A stretch of 61,728 nt of DNA, filler included, from Sphacelaria rigidula (GCA_964200075.2; 11 parts of 11 records of this genome joined end to end with filler, not necessarily neighbours in it), one strand, 5' to 3'. Numbered from the whole stretch's first letter, positions 36,134-49,556 are shown. The notes: a model not told the origin generated them from the sequence alone. Numbers and translations: made by a program.

Positions 36134-39100
36134 CGTGATCGCCTCCCTGAGCGTACAATACTCGAGACCGGGAGGTTGAAAAACATGAACAAATTCTGCC
36201 AGCAGCGTTAATCGCGCTCGACCATCCCTTCCACACGCCCGCAAGCATGAACATCTGCTCTTGGCGCCACCATGATCCTCGTCGGTTGTACCGAAATAAC
36301 TGCTGTACGGGAAACAGGATATGTGACGTCTCACCTCGCCGTCGAAATACCGCTCTACATGAATAAGGAATGCTTCCCATCCTCGAATGTACTGTCTCGA
36401 TCTCTCTGCGGCCAGATTCCACCGCCGTTCCCCCTCTCCCTCCCGCCGGCACCGGGTCTTCCTCAGCCAAGATAGGTCCTCGCCCTCGCCATTATCTCCG
36501 TGGTTATATGTAGAACCGCATCCCACACCAACCGGAAAATAAGACCCATTCTGAATCATGCGGCGCTGCGCTTCATGTGCTGGATTTTGGACCTCGCCAA
36601 GGAACCGCAAACTACTGCATCCGTCGTGAGAGATGTCGAGCGACTTGCGGGTCCAAGAAATGTCTCGTCGACATGCGGTTGCAATGTCATCTGATGCCCT
36701 AGCGCCGCTGGAACAGGACACAAAACTCTCCTTGGAGTCCGCTCGGGCGGTGCTACTGGCACTGGCGTCGGCACTGCGGAACGTATCATCACCGGTATAA
36801 GCATCCCCAGCAGGTGCTAACCGATGTGCTGGTGCGAAAAAATTCATCCATTCCGACCCTTCCTCGCCGGTAGCCGGACCTGGGCAATAGGCACTCTGGT
36901 TTACCGCTGCTGCCGTCACCCCAGCTACGGCCGTATCAATACCAGAAGCTCCGTCTGCTGGTGCAGCGATCGGTTCCCCGACAGCGACTCCCACGCCTAC
37001 CGAAGGCCCGGCAACGGTGGTGGCGGCGGCCGCCCGAGGGCGTGATTTCATGCCGACTACGGATGTGCTGCCTAGCAACGCTTGGTTTGGGTTGTTGAGC
37101 GCATCGAACGGGGGGGTATTTGCCAAAGGAACACTTGCCCACTCTCCGTCGCCTAGGTTTAATATCCGGCTAAAATTCTTCTCACCCACCTCTGTTGGTG
37201 CCACGGAGCCTCCACCCCGGCCGATCCCGAGCGCATCCGGTGCCGGTGCGAACCACGCAGCTGGGGCCGTGCGTTCGGCTGAAGGCGGACCCGTGGTGGG
37301 GATTTGGGCTCTGCCGCCGCAAGTATCATCGCTCAGCTGTTGTTGCTGATCGAGCTCACCGACCGTCACAGGAGCACCCTCAAGCAAGTTGAACCTTGCG
37401 CTTTCCGTCGCAATATGCTGTTCCGGCTCTTCCACTAATACCCCCGTCACTTCTCTTGTAATTAGGTCAGTGTCACCATTTATTTCATCTTCAATACCGA
37501 CCCCTGCCGCCGTCACAATCGCGTGTGATGGGGCTATCGTTGATGCCGTCTTTTCGTGCCCTGATCTGCGTAAGGATTCCGGTGGCTGACTAGCTCTTCC
37601 GATATTTTCAGCGCCCTGTGGCCCAAGCACGTTCTCTGCGATCGTCATTCCATGTTCATTATTGATCCTTCCCCTTACCGCTACCTTCCTTCCCACCTCC
37701 AACCGAGTTTCGGCCGCCCTCTCATCGCCCAGATTAATCCATTCATCCCTATCACCTGTGTTCGACGATATCGGTGCCATCGAGGAATCTTTCATGTGCT
37801 GTACCTTCGCTGCGGGAAGCGGAAATTCCTCGCAACTACCTCCTGAGAAAGACTTAGTCCCATCATCGATCGGACCAAGTGAGTCAATTGAAGTATTCTT
37901 GCAAGCGTCCGACGCCGCGCCTGGCATCAACCCGGCACCCGTGAAAACAGTCGCCGCCCTTGCTGGTTGCGCCGACTTTTGCGCCGACGCCAGCATATCC
38001 TCTTTTAGCATTACTTCCAACTCCAACGCCGCCTGCCCTTTTGATGTAAACTCACCGTACGCTTCCAAGCGAGCCTGAAACATCTTGTCCTCGGCTTTTG
38101 CGCCGCGCCCAAGTTCACTGACACAGGCAGTGGTTTCCGCGGGTGACAGATGGTACTCAACGTTGTTTGTCTGCTGAGATTCACGTAGTGCCCCCTTGTT
38201 CACTTCTTTTTCCCCCTCAGTCTCTTTTTCGCGTCTCAGCACCTGTACCATACCATTCGAATGGCCTTCAAACCCCCAACATGTTGGGATCGTCGCTCGT
38301 CCTCCTAAGTCGTCGCCTACTGGCAACGCCTCTACGGACAGGTCTGACTGGTCAGCGTCTCCGATCGACCGCGACCCGGCAATGCCCTCGGCGTCTACTG
38401 CCGCTTGCCCCTCGAGCGCCGCTTTCCCTCTTGCGGCCAGCTCCCTCGCGGCTTCCAGGTGACTCCTCACCAACTGCTCTTCCGCCGCTCTCGCCCGACT
38501 CCCCGTCTCGTGCAACCATACTAAAGCCTCGGCGGTTGTCGAACCCTGTCCAGTCCCGCTTTTCGGATCAGACCCGGGTCTACCCACATCGTCCGCCTCG
38601 TCCTGCTCCAGAGCTTCTTTCCCGCGTCTCAGCACCCCCGCTGCGCCACCCAAACAATCCTCGAGTGCCGCTTTGTTATCTCGGATCGACGCTCGTCCTC
38701 CTAAGTCGTCGCCCACTGGCAACGCCTCTACAGACAGGTCTGACTGGTCAGCGTCTCCGATCGACCGCGACCCGGCAATGCCCTCGGTGTCTACCGCGGC
38801 ATGCCCCTCGAGCGCCGCTTTCCCTCTTGCGGCCAGCTCCCTCGCGGCTTCCAGGTGACTCCTCACCAACTGCTCTTCCGCCGCTCTCGCCCGACTCCCC
38901 GTCTCGTGCAACCAGGTCACGGGGTCCACGGGCAATTTCGATCTTTCAACAGTGCTTCGCCTTAATTTCAATTCATCGTCGCTACCCAGCTTTTCCTGCT
39001 CCAGAGCTTCTTTCCCGCGTCTCAGCACCCCCGCTGCGCCACCCAAACAATCCTCGAGTGCCGCCCTGTTATCTCGGATCGACGCTCGTCCTCCTGAGTC

Positions 39101-39247
39101 GTCGCCCACTCGCAACGCCGCTACGGACAGGTCTGACTGGTCAGCGTCTCCGATCGACCGCGACCCGGCAATGCCCTCGGGGTCTACTGCCGCTTGCCCC
39201 TCGAGCGCCGCTTTCCCTCTTGCGGCCAGCTCCCTCGCGGCTTCCAG
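36134..39247 (-). CDS. Giant (>3.1 kb) exon with 131-132-aa tandem repeats; 5' end lost in the assembly gap
   Basis: Uninterrupted frame of >1000 codons running to the contig end, with ACG|gtgggt donor at 36134/36133. Repeat anchors GCTTCCAG end at 39247, 38854 and 38458 (393/396-bp period). Confidence 0.85.
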
Positions 39248-39347
39248 NNNNNNNNNNNNNNNNNNNNNNNNNNNNNNNNNNNNNNNNNNNNTTAATTAAT
39301 TAANNNNNNNNNNNNNNNNNNNNNNNNNNNNNNNNNNNNNNNNNNNN

Positions 39348-39580
39348 AAATATTTTCTGAGGTTAGAATTGTTAGGAGCCCTTTACCTCATCCAAAATAC
39401 GACTTATGAAAATCTGCGAGAGTACGCCAGGATTACTATATCAATGTGCTGCAGATATCCCGAATAAATCTGCAAACGGGGATGCCCCGACCCATATTAT
39501 TGTGCGTCTAGAATCGTTAGGAGCCCCAGAACCAGACGAAATTTCGCGAAAAAAGTTCGCCCCTACCGTAGCATTGCTCT
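39348..39580 (+). mobile_element. Truncated copy of the MITE at 47802-48060 (opposite orientation)
   Basis: AAATATTTTCTGAGGTTAGAATTGTTAGGAGCCCTTTA...CCCCTACCGTAGCATTGCTCT matches the reverse complement of 47802-48034. Confidence 0.85.
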
Positions 39581-42500
39581 TGCACAGGACAACACTTGTC
39601 GGCTTGTCCCAACACCTGAGTGCAGCACACGACCCTGGGCGACATACGACTGTCCTTCGGCTTTTCAGTATTACTACTCTTGCTTTTTTTTTTTTTCGTT
39701 CTTCTTCACCGACAAGAACAAATATGTGCTCTACCGTTGTACCAGTACTCAAACCAGAAAAATACCCAAAACTTTCGAAAAAAGCTACTAGTACACATCC
39801 CTCTTAACAGCAAAAACAAAAACTGCAGTACTGTTGTTCCCTGTGCTGCAGCTTCCTCCCTTCCCTCCATCTAGACAACTCATCGCTGCTCGTCGCCTAC
39901 GACTGCAGCAGCAGATTCACAGATGACACCATGACATTATGGCACAATCCGCACACTCACCCTCGTCCGGCAAAGCCCCAAATTTTAGCACCCAATCCAA
40001 AAAATACAAGTGAGGTTAACCAGCATTCGGGAATATTCAGAGTACATCCTGCCGGCCCACCGGCACACAGTTTCACCACCAAGTGCCGCTTCCAGGGGAG
40101 GACAGAAAAAAATATGGCCTGAGCCTTCATCCCTCGCGGTGCGCTCTCAACCGAGCACTACAAATCTGAACCCTTGTCCAGGCAGGACGACAACAGGCAA
40201 CAACTACGTGGAACAACGAATTGGACCATGACCGCCAAGCCCCGACAAGTACATAGTCCAAGCAGCTTCTCCCTATCCTCCTTTATCAAGGAGAGATGGA
40301 AATTGTCACTGTCGCCTTCACCAGAATACCCAAGGACCTACGGCTGACCCCTGAGCCCTAAAGCAAGGCGAAAACATTCAACACCGGCGACACATGATAC
40401 TTGCCCCCCTCGGAGGGTGAGTCCTGAAAAATCCATGCTCTGAAGTCACCAAGACTCACCGCATACTTCCGCGAGATGCATTTTAGCACAAATTTCGGGG
40501 TCCTGACGACCAGTTTTCCCTAAAAAAATGGGTACCATGAGTCCATTTGTATCTGTTCGACTCAATTTACGTCAAGGGCATCCATGTCATGTACGGAGAG
40601 AGAGAACAAGACTGCAGCGGTATTTTCACCGGAGATGCGGGGTCCTCTTGTTCAACCATTGTTTCCGCCAACTGCAGCCACCTTCACGTTCGTCGACGAC
40701 ATGGCTCTTTTACACGATTTCCCTCTCCCAACTCTCAACAATACAGAGTCAACACAACAGATGGATCTACACATCCCCGGGGGAAGAACAATGTCACCAG
40801 CTAGGCAAACGAGGCAACAGTAAAAACAGACTGGTAGCAGCACGACGCCGAACCAGGAAAAGAAAAATCGGATGCTGAAACGAAGAAAAATAAGCTATTA
40901 TTATTGTCACACCAAGCCATCAGCTGACAGGAAAAAGTAGACATCAAACAACGACCAGACGCAATGTGGAGTGTGGACATCCTGAAAATCCTAACCACAG
41001 CCACACCACCTACTTCTACTGCTACTACTCTCAAGGGTGCTATACCAAGTGCATCTAGAACCCACAAACCGGCAAAATACACTCACTGCACCATCTAGAC
41101 TTGTCAAAACACAAGGGAATCACATGTACCGCCGCAAAAAGCTGCCCTTCTCACCCTCCAAATCAGCTGCCGACTCGGCCGGCCAAACAAAGCTCCCCAT
41201 GTTACGCATGCCTGGCGGTGAGAACGCATAAAATATCGCCTCTCCCACCACTGCCCCCTCTCACCCTACAATAATTTATCCTTTCCTTTTTCAACCAAAC
41301 CAAATCGCCGCCTTTCCGGTCTTCCCCTCCCGGTCTTCCCAGCAATTAGACCCTCATTCGCGGAAAAGAGCCCCTCTTTTTCGTACGGTGGCGCTCTCCG
41401 GCTCCTGCTCCTTCCACCTTGGACCGCTTATGACTTTTCATTGCGCTACCGAAGCCGCACTTGCCCAAATCAGCGTCGTAGTCCATTGTGATACCCGATC
41501 GACTGTTGTCCAGAGGGAAGGGGGGGTCGAAAAATGATGTCAGTCTGGAACATGACTATTGCCCTAGATTGTGTCATCAATAAATGCCTTCGCAATATCT
41601 ACTCAACAGTCGCATACATGATATCCTACTGAGTGCCATGGCCGGATTTGTATTGAAGATCATGATGGCGCTAGTGGCGAAAAGGTACCTCGACCAATCA
41701 ATGCCCTTCAATTTGTTCTGGTATCGAAGCTACGAATTCCAAGCCCAATTTTCACCCAATCTCCCCATGCTTCAAATCGTAGTAACCGCCATCAGCTCGG
41801 GAATCTAACGAAAAAAAATCAAATGAAAACGGTTACTGCGGGGTCACAGTATACCCCAAACCTTGATGTTTCCACGGTTAGGACGAATCACCACGGGTTC
41901 GAATCACCGAATCCGCGATTTCTTCGGCGTGATTACTCGAAAGGGAGAAAAAAGTTGACCGCTGGTCCAACGGATATCCACGCAACTTTTTCGCCATTCC
42001 ACGTGTCTGGGCTGCGCGTACCTGGGTTGCAACGCTGAAAACAAAGCCTAGGGATTGATTGATTCGTACGATTCGGATCAATTACCCTGAAACCAAGTCA
42101 TTTCCAGACGAATCATTGATATGTCCGACTCTTGGATGTTTCGGTGATGAAGTGTCTTGGCGTCGTCTAATTTCCACTGATGACACGCACGAAAGACCTA
42201 ATGACGGCTTTCCTTATATATGTCGTGGAAAAGCCCAGATTGCCCTTAAACTTGGCAATTCTGAAGGTATTGGTGCTCCAAATAGAAAAAATGTATTCTT
42301 GACAATATTTCAAAGTATCTCCGTTCTTTACGGGCGTCCGGGGGTCCCAGTATGAAGACCCCCGGAAGCCGGTAAAGAATGCCTCAAAAGAAAAGGAATA
42401 AAACGATACATCCAAGGATAGTCCAAGGAACACATATACAACATTTGGTCGAGAAATTTGAAAACTTCATAAAGTTTTTCTTGCCTTGACCTAAATTCAC

Positions 42501-42607
42501 CCCACTTTTCTTCTCCTCTAGACGAAACCCGAGTAGTTGAGGGTTTGCACGTTTTAAGCTCACGTCCTCACACAAACGTCCATAACTTCATGCCGTTGGT
42601 AGTTGTT

Positions 42608-43160
42608 TGACCCTGAAACTTTGTACAAATGTACTATGGGTCATTACGCAACTTTTGTGGAAAAGTTTTCTTCTTATGCTATTTTTTTACCGTACTTCGG
42701 GAGTCCGACGGAATCTCAGTCGTTTTTGGAAGTGGTCTCCATTCTGCGACCCCAGAAAACCGGCACTGCGATTTTTTTTTCAGTTTTTTTCGCGAACGAG
42801 CTGTCACCGCAGAACCCAAGGAAGGGCCCTGCGAACTTTCGTGGCCATACTCGATTAACTGATGCTTGAATTTTCATGCCCACATCGAAGAAGGCCTTAA
42901 AACGCCATTTTTATACAGCGCAAAAGGTCACGCAATTTCAGGAGTTAGATCCTAAAAATTTGCACAAATGTGGCATGGATTACTGCGCAACTTTGGGTGA
43001 ACGACCTTTTCACCGTTTTTTGGGGGTCCTACGGGATCCAAGTTTCCCCGAAACACCTGGGACCCTCGAGAAATGGTGAAAAAGTCAACAAGCAAATAAC
43101 TCGACCTTCGAAAATTGCGTAATGACCCGTGGCACATTCGTGCAAAATTTCGGGGTCCGA
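42608..43160. repeat. Diverged inverted/direct subterminal-type repeats, probable DNA transposon remnant
   Basis: GACCCTGAAACTTTGTACAAATGT...GGGTCATTACGCAA is inverted at 43110-43158, with a direct copy at ~42948-42995. Confidence 0.6.
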
Positions 43161-43428
43161 CTCCTAAAAACGGCGTGAACTTTAGCCGATGAGTGTTCTT
43201 AGGGTGATGGGCGTGAATCAGCCTGAACGGCATCAGTATTGCTGACGCCATGATTGTCGCGTGCATATCAACATCCGCACCGTTTGACGTCAACATTAAT
43301 GCAGTTCGTGATCAACACGACGTGGATGGATGTAAAAGAGAAGAATTTCACATAGGTCAAGGTAGGGGGAAGTGGATGATGACCAACAAAAACATTACTT
43401 GCATACCCACACGTACAGGCTACGGGTA

Positions 43429-43471
43429 TTATATGCGCTGCTTCCGATAATGAGTAAATCGATGACTCCGA
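43429..43471 (-). CDS. Candidate short terminal exon of the JmjC gene
   Basis: tttcag acceptor, phase-compatible, gives QCN-SRSHRFTHYRKQRI*. No independent support. Confidence 0.35.
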
Positions 43472-43617
43472 CTGAAACGCTCAAACCCATCCGTCAATAC
43501 ATCAGGGTTTGGAGCAATGCTGGAAAATGGCAATAGGACGTGTTGTTTGTGGATCGTAGAGATCGAGGAAGGGGAAACAAGACTCACACACATATACACC
43601 GTGTGGATACATCGTAC

Positions 43618-43721
43618 CTGTTGCACTGAGCGTTAACACCAATGTTGGATATGTAGTGGAACCACTGCGTGGGCACGTAAAGCACCTCTCCTGCCTTGAG
43701 CAGAACTTCCGATACCAGTGT
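43618..43721 (-). CDS. Exon encoding C-terminal part of a JmjC/cupin-like domain
   Basis: ttttttttgccgctgcag acceptor and AG|gtacga donor. TLVSEVLLKAGEVLYVPTQWFHYISNIGVNAQCN fits JmjC L.PGE.LY.P..W.H.V, with the distal Fe-binding His. Confidence 0.88.
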
Positions 43722-44795
43722 CTGCAGCGGCAAAAAAAAAGAAGCAAAAGCAGACGCGACAGTATTTCGGAACATAAATGGTGTCTTCAATACATGATTT
43801 TGAGTTGACTAGTTCGATTGATTAATCGTCGCGCATCAAGTGAGTACGTACGTCTGTGACCACGGGTTCGAGAGGTCGGGCATGTGTGCGGAAATGATAA
43901 CAAAAGAACAAAATTATGGGAAAATAGTGACAACAACAACAGCTAATCCGCCCTAAAAGGAATTGAGCCACAGTTAAGAGGTAGACAGATGTCCTCGACA
44001 GAGTCTTGCTCAAGGTGAAAAAACGGACAGGCTTGCGATCACATCCTAAATGATGACAGTAGATTATATGGCCAAAACGTGTATAGCGTAGAGTATCGAT
44101 TATTGTGTCCATTACAATAAACAGCATATACCAGACTGTGCGCAGTATATCACTTGAAAATGGAAGCTGCCATCATCCAGGGTGTGCCTGCGATATACTT
44201 GCTTTACTGTATTGTCGTTTGGGGCCCATCACTTCTGTAGTCTCCTTCTCTCATCTCTCCTTCTTTCCCCACCTCTCCGCGTGTGTGTTGTTTTCTCCTG
44301 GTGTATGCAAGTAGCACTTCGGTGCCTCGCGCGCTTCCGTAGGCTTCATGGGTGAGAACGTCATACCCAAAAAAGTGGGGTCGAGATAGATGTGCCGCGA
44401 CCTGTTCCCACGACTTGCTGTTTTTTTATGGTTGGGTATTAGAGTGCTTTCTGCGTAAGGCCTTTCCCACCGAAGCCATATGTGGTAGCGGCCGGTCATT
44501 TCTAGTTTCTCCATTTTTCTTCCTTGTCTTTGTTTCCTGTCATCCTTTGCTTCTTCCCTCCCCTCTTTCTAGTCCACGTTTCATGTTTTTCTTATTTTTT
44601 TTCTTCAGCAAGTGTTTCAGTTTAGTCTTGTCTTGGGTACGTCCATCATGTGAACACGGCTGGATCCCTGGGGGGTCAATTACAGCACGACAACCAATCA
44701 GATCAATCGATCAATCAAAAGTTGTAAGTTGGTTTTTTCCATGTGGATTCTACAATATATTTTCACAAAACTTTTGCTTTTGGTAAAACACAGAG

Positions 44796-44868
44796 CCGGT
44801 CGCCCCGGTGGCTCAGTTGGTAACCTCGTAACCTTCTGATGGTTGAGTTGGGGGGTTCGATTCCCGGA
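44796..44868 (+). mobile_element. tRNA-derived SINE head, best-preserved copy, truncated by contig end
   Basis: A box TGGCTCAGTTGG and B box GGTTCGATTCC. Confidence 0.75.
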
Positions 44869-45206
44869 NNNNNNNNNNNNNNNNNNNNNNNNNNNNNNNN
44901 NNNNNNNNNNNNTTAATTAATTAANNNNNNNNNNNNNNNNNNNNNNNNNNNNNNNNNNNNNNNNNNNNTGTTTTCTCTCTTCTGCCTTCTCGTCTGGTTC
45001 CGTGTGTGGTGTGTTGGTGTGGGTTTGTGTTTGTTGTGGGGTGGTTTGGGGGGGGGGGGGGGGGGGGAACTATCGTAGAACGACTCCCTCACTGTATGAT
45101 GACTCGACGTCATGATTACTTTCTCGTGTCTTAGTGTGTACTGTTGGTGAAGGTCTTGCACCAATGGATTCGCAGGCATCAAATAACATACTACGCCCAC
45201 AACTTG

Positions 45207-45639
45207 GGGATTTTGCAGATTGGGGATGGATTTTCTATTGAAGCTGAGAACCCGGAGAATGAAAATCGTGGTATCCACACGAAGTCTTCGCAACATAGTT
45301 TCACTCCTTTACCTACTGGTACCCATTGACAACTACTACACGCCATTCAAATTTGGATCTTGATAGCCGCCATGTTGGGGTCCTAGGTGAAGATTTGTTT
45401 TTGAGGAATTTTGGTGATTCGATCAGTCGCCGAAATTCCCCAAAATTAGTTTTTTCACCTTCGACCCCAACATTTCGGTTGTCGAAATCCCAATTTGTAT
45501 CGCGTGTAGTAGTTGTTAATGGCCATCAGAAAGTGAAGAAATGGAAGCATACTTGGAAGATTTGTCATGGATACGAAGATTTTCATTCTCCGGGTCCCCC
45601 ATCCTCGATATAAAATCTATCCCCAATTTGTAAAATCCC
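45207..45639. mobile_element. MITE with ~70-bp TIRs
   Basis: GGGATTTTGCAGATTGGGGATGGATTTT...CCCGGAGAATGAAAATC versus GATTTTCATTCTCCGGG...AAAATCTATCCCCAATTTGTAAAATCCC. Related end at 56055-56108. Confidence 0.8.
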
Positions 45640-45952
45640 GTGTTTCACGCGCAAAACCATGCAAGTGGGGTCGTACACTCCACCGACACGTTACTATTCG
45701 CCAGTGTAAGCTCTGAGATTGCAGCTCTCGTTCTCCCTGCAGGAGAAGACTGCGGTAGATCAAGATGTACGCAGTTGATTTCCTCGCCGTGGGTGTTGCC
45801 CACACTCCACCTTCCCCCCTCTCCCCTTTTCCCGGAGCACTGCTGGACGCAAAAGGGTGAGGGCCGGAAGCGCATGTGATGCCGATGGCGATGAGGGAAC
45901 GACTTAACTTCATCTCTACCCCTCTCTTTTTGCTGTGTACTGCTTTACGTAG

Positions 45953-46626
45953 ATGGGCGAGCCACAAACATGCACGGCGACGATAGTGATGGGGATAACG
46001 GCAACAGCGTCGACGGCGAGGAAGCGGCTGGGCCGTCGGAAGTCGCTGAGCTTATGCGAGATGAAGACGGGAACGACGGCGATCCATCAAAACAAATAAA
46101 TGGCGCCGCCGCTAATAACCTCCCGGATCCACCCCGCGCAGCTGGTCAAGACATTGTTTCAAGAGTTCCTGTCGAGGGTGGGGAGGGTAGTGAGGGTAGT
46201 GAGGGGGGAGAAGACAAGGGGATCGACGGCGATGCACTTGGTGCTTCTGACCGTAGTGGTGGTTCGACTGGCCGGGAACGTGCTGGTACAGACACCGGTG
46301 ATGACGTGGCCGACTGGGGGCAAGAAGTCGATGAGGGTGCGGCAGGAGCGGGCAGTGAGGGTCGTGTGGACTCGAGCAGGAAATTGGCGGAAGAGGGGGA
46401 TACACACCGGGGCGATTACGTTGATGAATGGGGGGAAGAAGCCGATGAGGGCGCGGCTGGAGCGGGCGGTGAGGATCGTGCAGATTCAAGCAGGAAGTTA
46501 GCCGGAGGAAGAAAGGCGGGGTGTGCGCATGCCAGCGAGGACGATGGCATGGAGACGATGGATATGCTGCCAGGGAAAGATCGAGTCGAGTACGATAGTG
46601 ACGAGGAGATAGATGAACTCGCCTAA
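45953..46626 (+). CDS. Acidic Gly-rich low-complexity exon/ORF with a 38-aa tandem duplication
   Basis: Pyrimidine tract + tttacgtag acceptor, 224 open codons with a strong GNN codon bias. Function unknown. Confidence 0.55.
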
Positions 46627-47123
46627 GCGTAGAAATTGGGGATGGGTTATTTCTGGCTGTGATTGTCTTGCGATGATGTGTAGACACGTTGTGTGTGCTG
46701 GGTGCGTACAGAGAAGCTCGGGACATGCGATTGGTTTGGGGGTATTTGCCTGAGTTCTGTCCAGGTGTTTTTTCTCTGTCGTAGCTATGGAACCGGCGAA
46801 CTGACATGAAATCTCACAGCGTGCGGTGTTACTTTTGTCAATATTGTTGGTGTAACTTATGGGCCGTTGCCTTGGCCCATGCGAAGCCCACTGTTTGTCG
46901 ACGTAGTGGTGGAAACTGAAAGCGAATAACGCGCCATCACTTCTCCGGCAAACCACTTGCCTTGCCGCGTGCTCATGAGCGTATCTATCGCCTACGAATA
47001 GCAGGCTGTGCTTTGACTTCTATTCCCAAGAGTAAGGCAAGTGTGGGGTCAAGGGGGGATCAGGACTGAGGATGTGTGTAAAATCAATCTTTTCGCGTGT
47101 TCATTTCATTTTGGAAATATCAA

Positions 47124-47540
47124 CGAGCTGGGCCAGCTTTAAGACGGATTTAAGCTCTCACAGCCGTATCTAATCGACGCAAACGATTTGGGCCCTGGTC
47201 CACACATGCTATGAATTGTCTATTTAAGGGAAAGGTGTTCGTCTGTGCGAAAGCCTGAGCCAATTTGTCCTCGTTGTTAATCCTATAGCATATGGAGATG
47301 AGGTCCATACTAGAGTCGATACGCCGAACGACATGTATAGCGGGTGATGTTTTTTCGATGTGAAATTTGAACCTTGCATGTGGCCCTCAACTTATATATG
47401 GAAAATTTTCAATGTCCCAAAATCACTTCTTTCATCATGCACCAGCGATTCTCCGTACCAAATTCGGAAGTTCAACTCTAAAAATTGAGGTGAGAATCTG
47501 CCCCCGACCTAAAGAACCGCTCCTTGGCTGGCCCAGCTCG
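47124..47540. mobile_element. MITE with 14-bp TIR CGAGCTGGGCCAGC
   Basis: Perfect inverted 14-mers. The right end is homologous to 11390-11508. Confidence 0.7.
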
Positions 47541-47801
47541 CAGTGGTTTCGATTTCGAATTTTGTATGTCGACACTGTGGCCCGTCGGGGGCCGCGGTGT
47601 GGATGCATTCGATAATCTCATTCATTGGTCTGCCGCGGATCCAGCGGTCGTTCGAAGTTTGTGGTAACAAACAGGGTATCCATGTGCGAAAAGAGATCGC
47701 ATGAATCATGCGAATAAATTGTGTAGGGTGAAGCCTCGATCGACTCTTTGGACGTGTGCTTGCTTCAATATAATCTTGTGTCTACTATACAGCGACCGCT
47801 A

Positions 47802-48060
47802 GAGAGCAATGCTACGGTAGGGGGGCACTTTTCGCGTAAAGTATTGTCTGGTTCAAGGGCTCCTAACGGTTCTAAATTCACAAGAATATGGGTCAGGGCA
47901 TCTCCGTTTGCAAATTGATTCGGGATATCCCTAGCACATGAGAACAGTAATCCTGCCGTACTCTCACATTTTGCACATGTCGTTTTTTGTATGAGATAAA
48001 GGGCTCCTAACAATTCTAACCTCAGAAAATATTTGTGCACCCCTATCGTAGCACCCCTCT
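47802..48060. mobile_element. MITE with GCTACGGTAGGG / CCCTATCGTAGC inverted ends
   Basis: Inverted termini plus a second copy at 39348. Confidence 0.75.
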
Positions 48061-49556
48061 ACAATAAATGGCTTTATGGTGCTCGCATGTAATCGAGATC
48101 CCAGTTGCTGGCCTGTTTCGGGTGCGTGCTGAAAACAAAATCGTCCAATATAATGCATGATGCCACCGGTACCTCGAGATGAATCTCCAGCCCCGGAGCC
48201 AACCAATCGGAAACTGGTGAGATGTGCGGTGGTCAGGATAATAGGCGGGATCGCCCCTAACATGTACCAACATTGTTGCGGTCTCAGAAACAACTTTTTA
48301 GAAGGAAAACGCTATGCTTCGCCGATACAAGTTCGCGTGTTTCTATCTGGCCCTCCTCACGACAACGCAACGCCCCAGGCACAAACCAGCACTGCTACAG
48401 TAGCGCTACACAGTGCTTGCGTCCAGGGTAAGCTGTACAATGCATTGTGTAAAGCTTACTGCTGGGCGCTGATAACGATTGGCGTACGCTTCAACGGTGC
48501 TGCTGCACTGCCTGGACTGCGTGTACCCTCCGGTACGGACATCCACGATGATCCGCATCGACGAGAAAGAGCGAACGTCCAACCGTTTATTACGGAGGCA
48601 CGAATCGTAATAAATGAGTACACTACGACAAAAATGAGGACAAAAACAGGATATCCAGTGATAAGGATTATTAGTATGAGGATCAGGGTTAGGGTTCCCC
48701 CAATATGATCCAAACAAAGCTTCGATACGAAATTGCGGAATGGTTATGGATTTCTCCCGACAAAGGTCCCTTTCTCGAATGGATCACTTCCAGCAAATTC
48801 ACCCAATCTGAATCATTGTGTGAAAGATCGTGAGACATTTCTTATTTTTTTGCAGCCTCAACAAATGAATCGAGAAGGATCGCCAATCGTGTTGACCAAT
48901 AATAGGAGTATGATTCCCGCCGGCCCGCATGCCTCCGCCATCGGTCAAGTGCCCGCATGTTGTTCTCAACTCTCGTCCCACTCGATCGTAGTGGGATCGC
49001 GGTGCCGGTTCGTCATCAACAATGATGCGCCTTTAGACTTTCCCTCTGAATCGACCGCATTTGCCAGTCAGTGCGTGGTCCCGCTAGCACCTAAGGTGCC
49101 GGTGGTGCTGGTGGGACGTGCCAGTGGGACGTGCCATGGGCACTTGCCACAACTCACTGGTACCTGAGGTCCGGGTGGTTCATCCTACGGGGACTGTGCC
49201 ACCATGCACGACAATACAGGGTATCCACCGACAAACAAACGGTGTTCTGAAATCAATCATTCGGATCTTGGTTACACTTGATCGCGACTTTGTTGGCATA
49301 TTGGTTGCAGCAACAGTGTACATGTCGCTCGAGGAGTTCCCGGTCGCTGGTCTGTTCCAGACCTGCATCGGACATGTTTCGATGTGACACACGGGCTATA
49401 GACTAGTATTTGGAATATTACTCCATGACCTTGAGATTTGAAGTATTAGGTATAACGCCACTCTCTTACTACTTAGACGCCACAAAGAGTGATCTTTTCA
49501 GTCGTTGATGGAATCGGAATCACTGTAACTTGAAAGTCTACTGCGTGACCATGATT

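Noticed and set aside
38143..39303. 386-aa plus-strand repeat ORF
   Set aside because: Antisense shadow of the real minus-strand repeat exon.
40100..41300. Possible decayed transposase (CxC motif on minus strand)
   Set aside because: Fragments are too short and interrupted to assign.
48733..49500. Coding-looking stretch
   Set aside because: No motif recognised in the frames I translated, and several stops.
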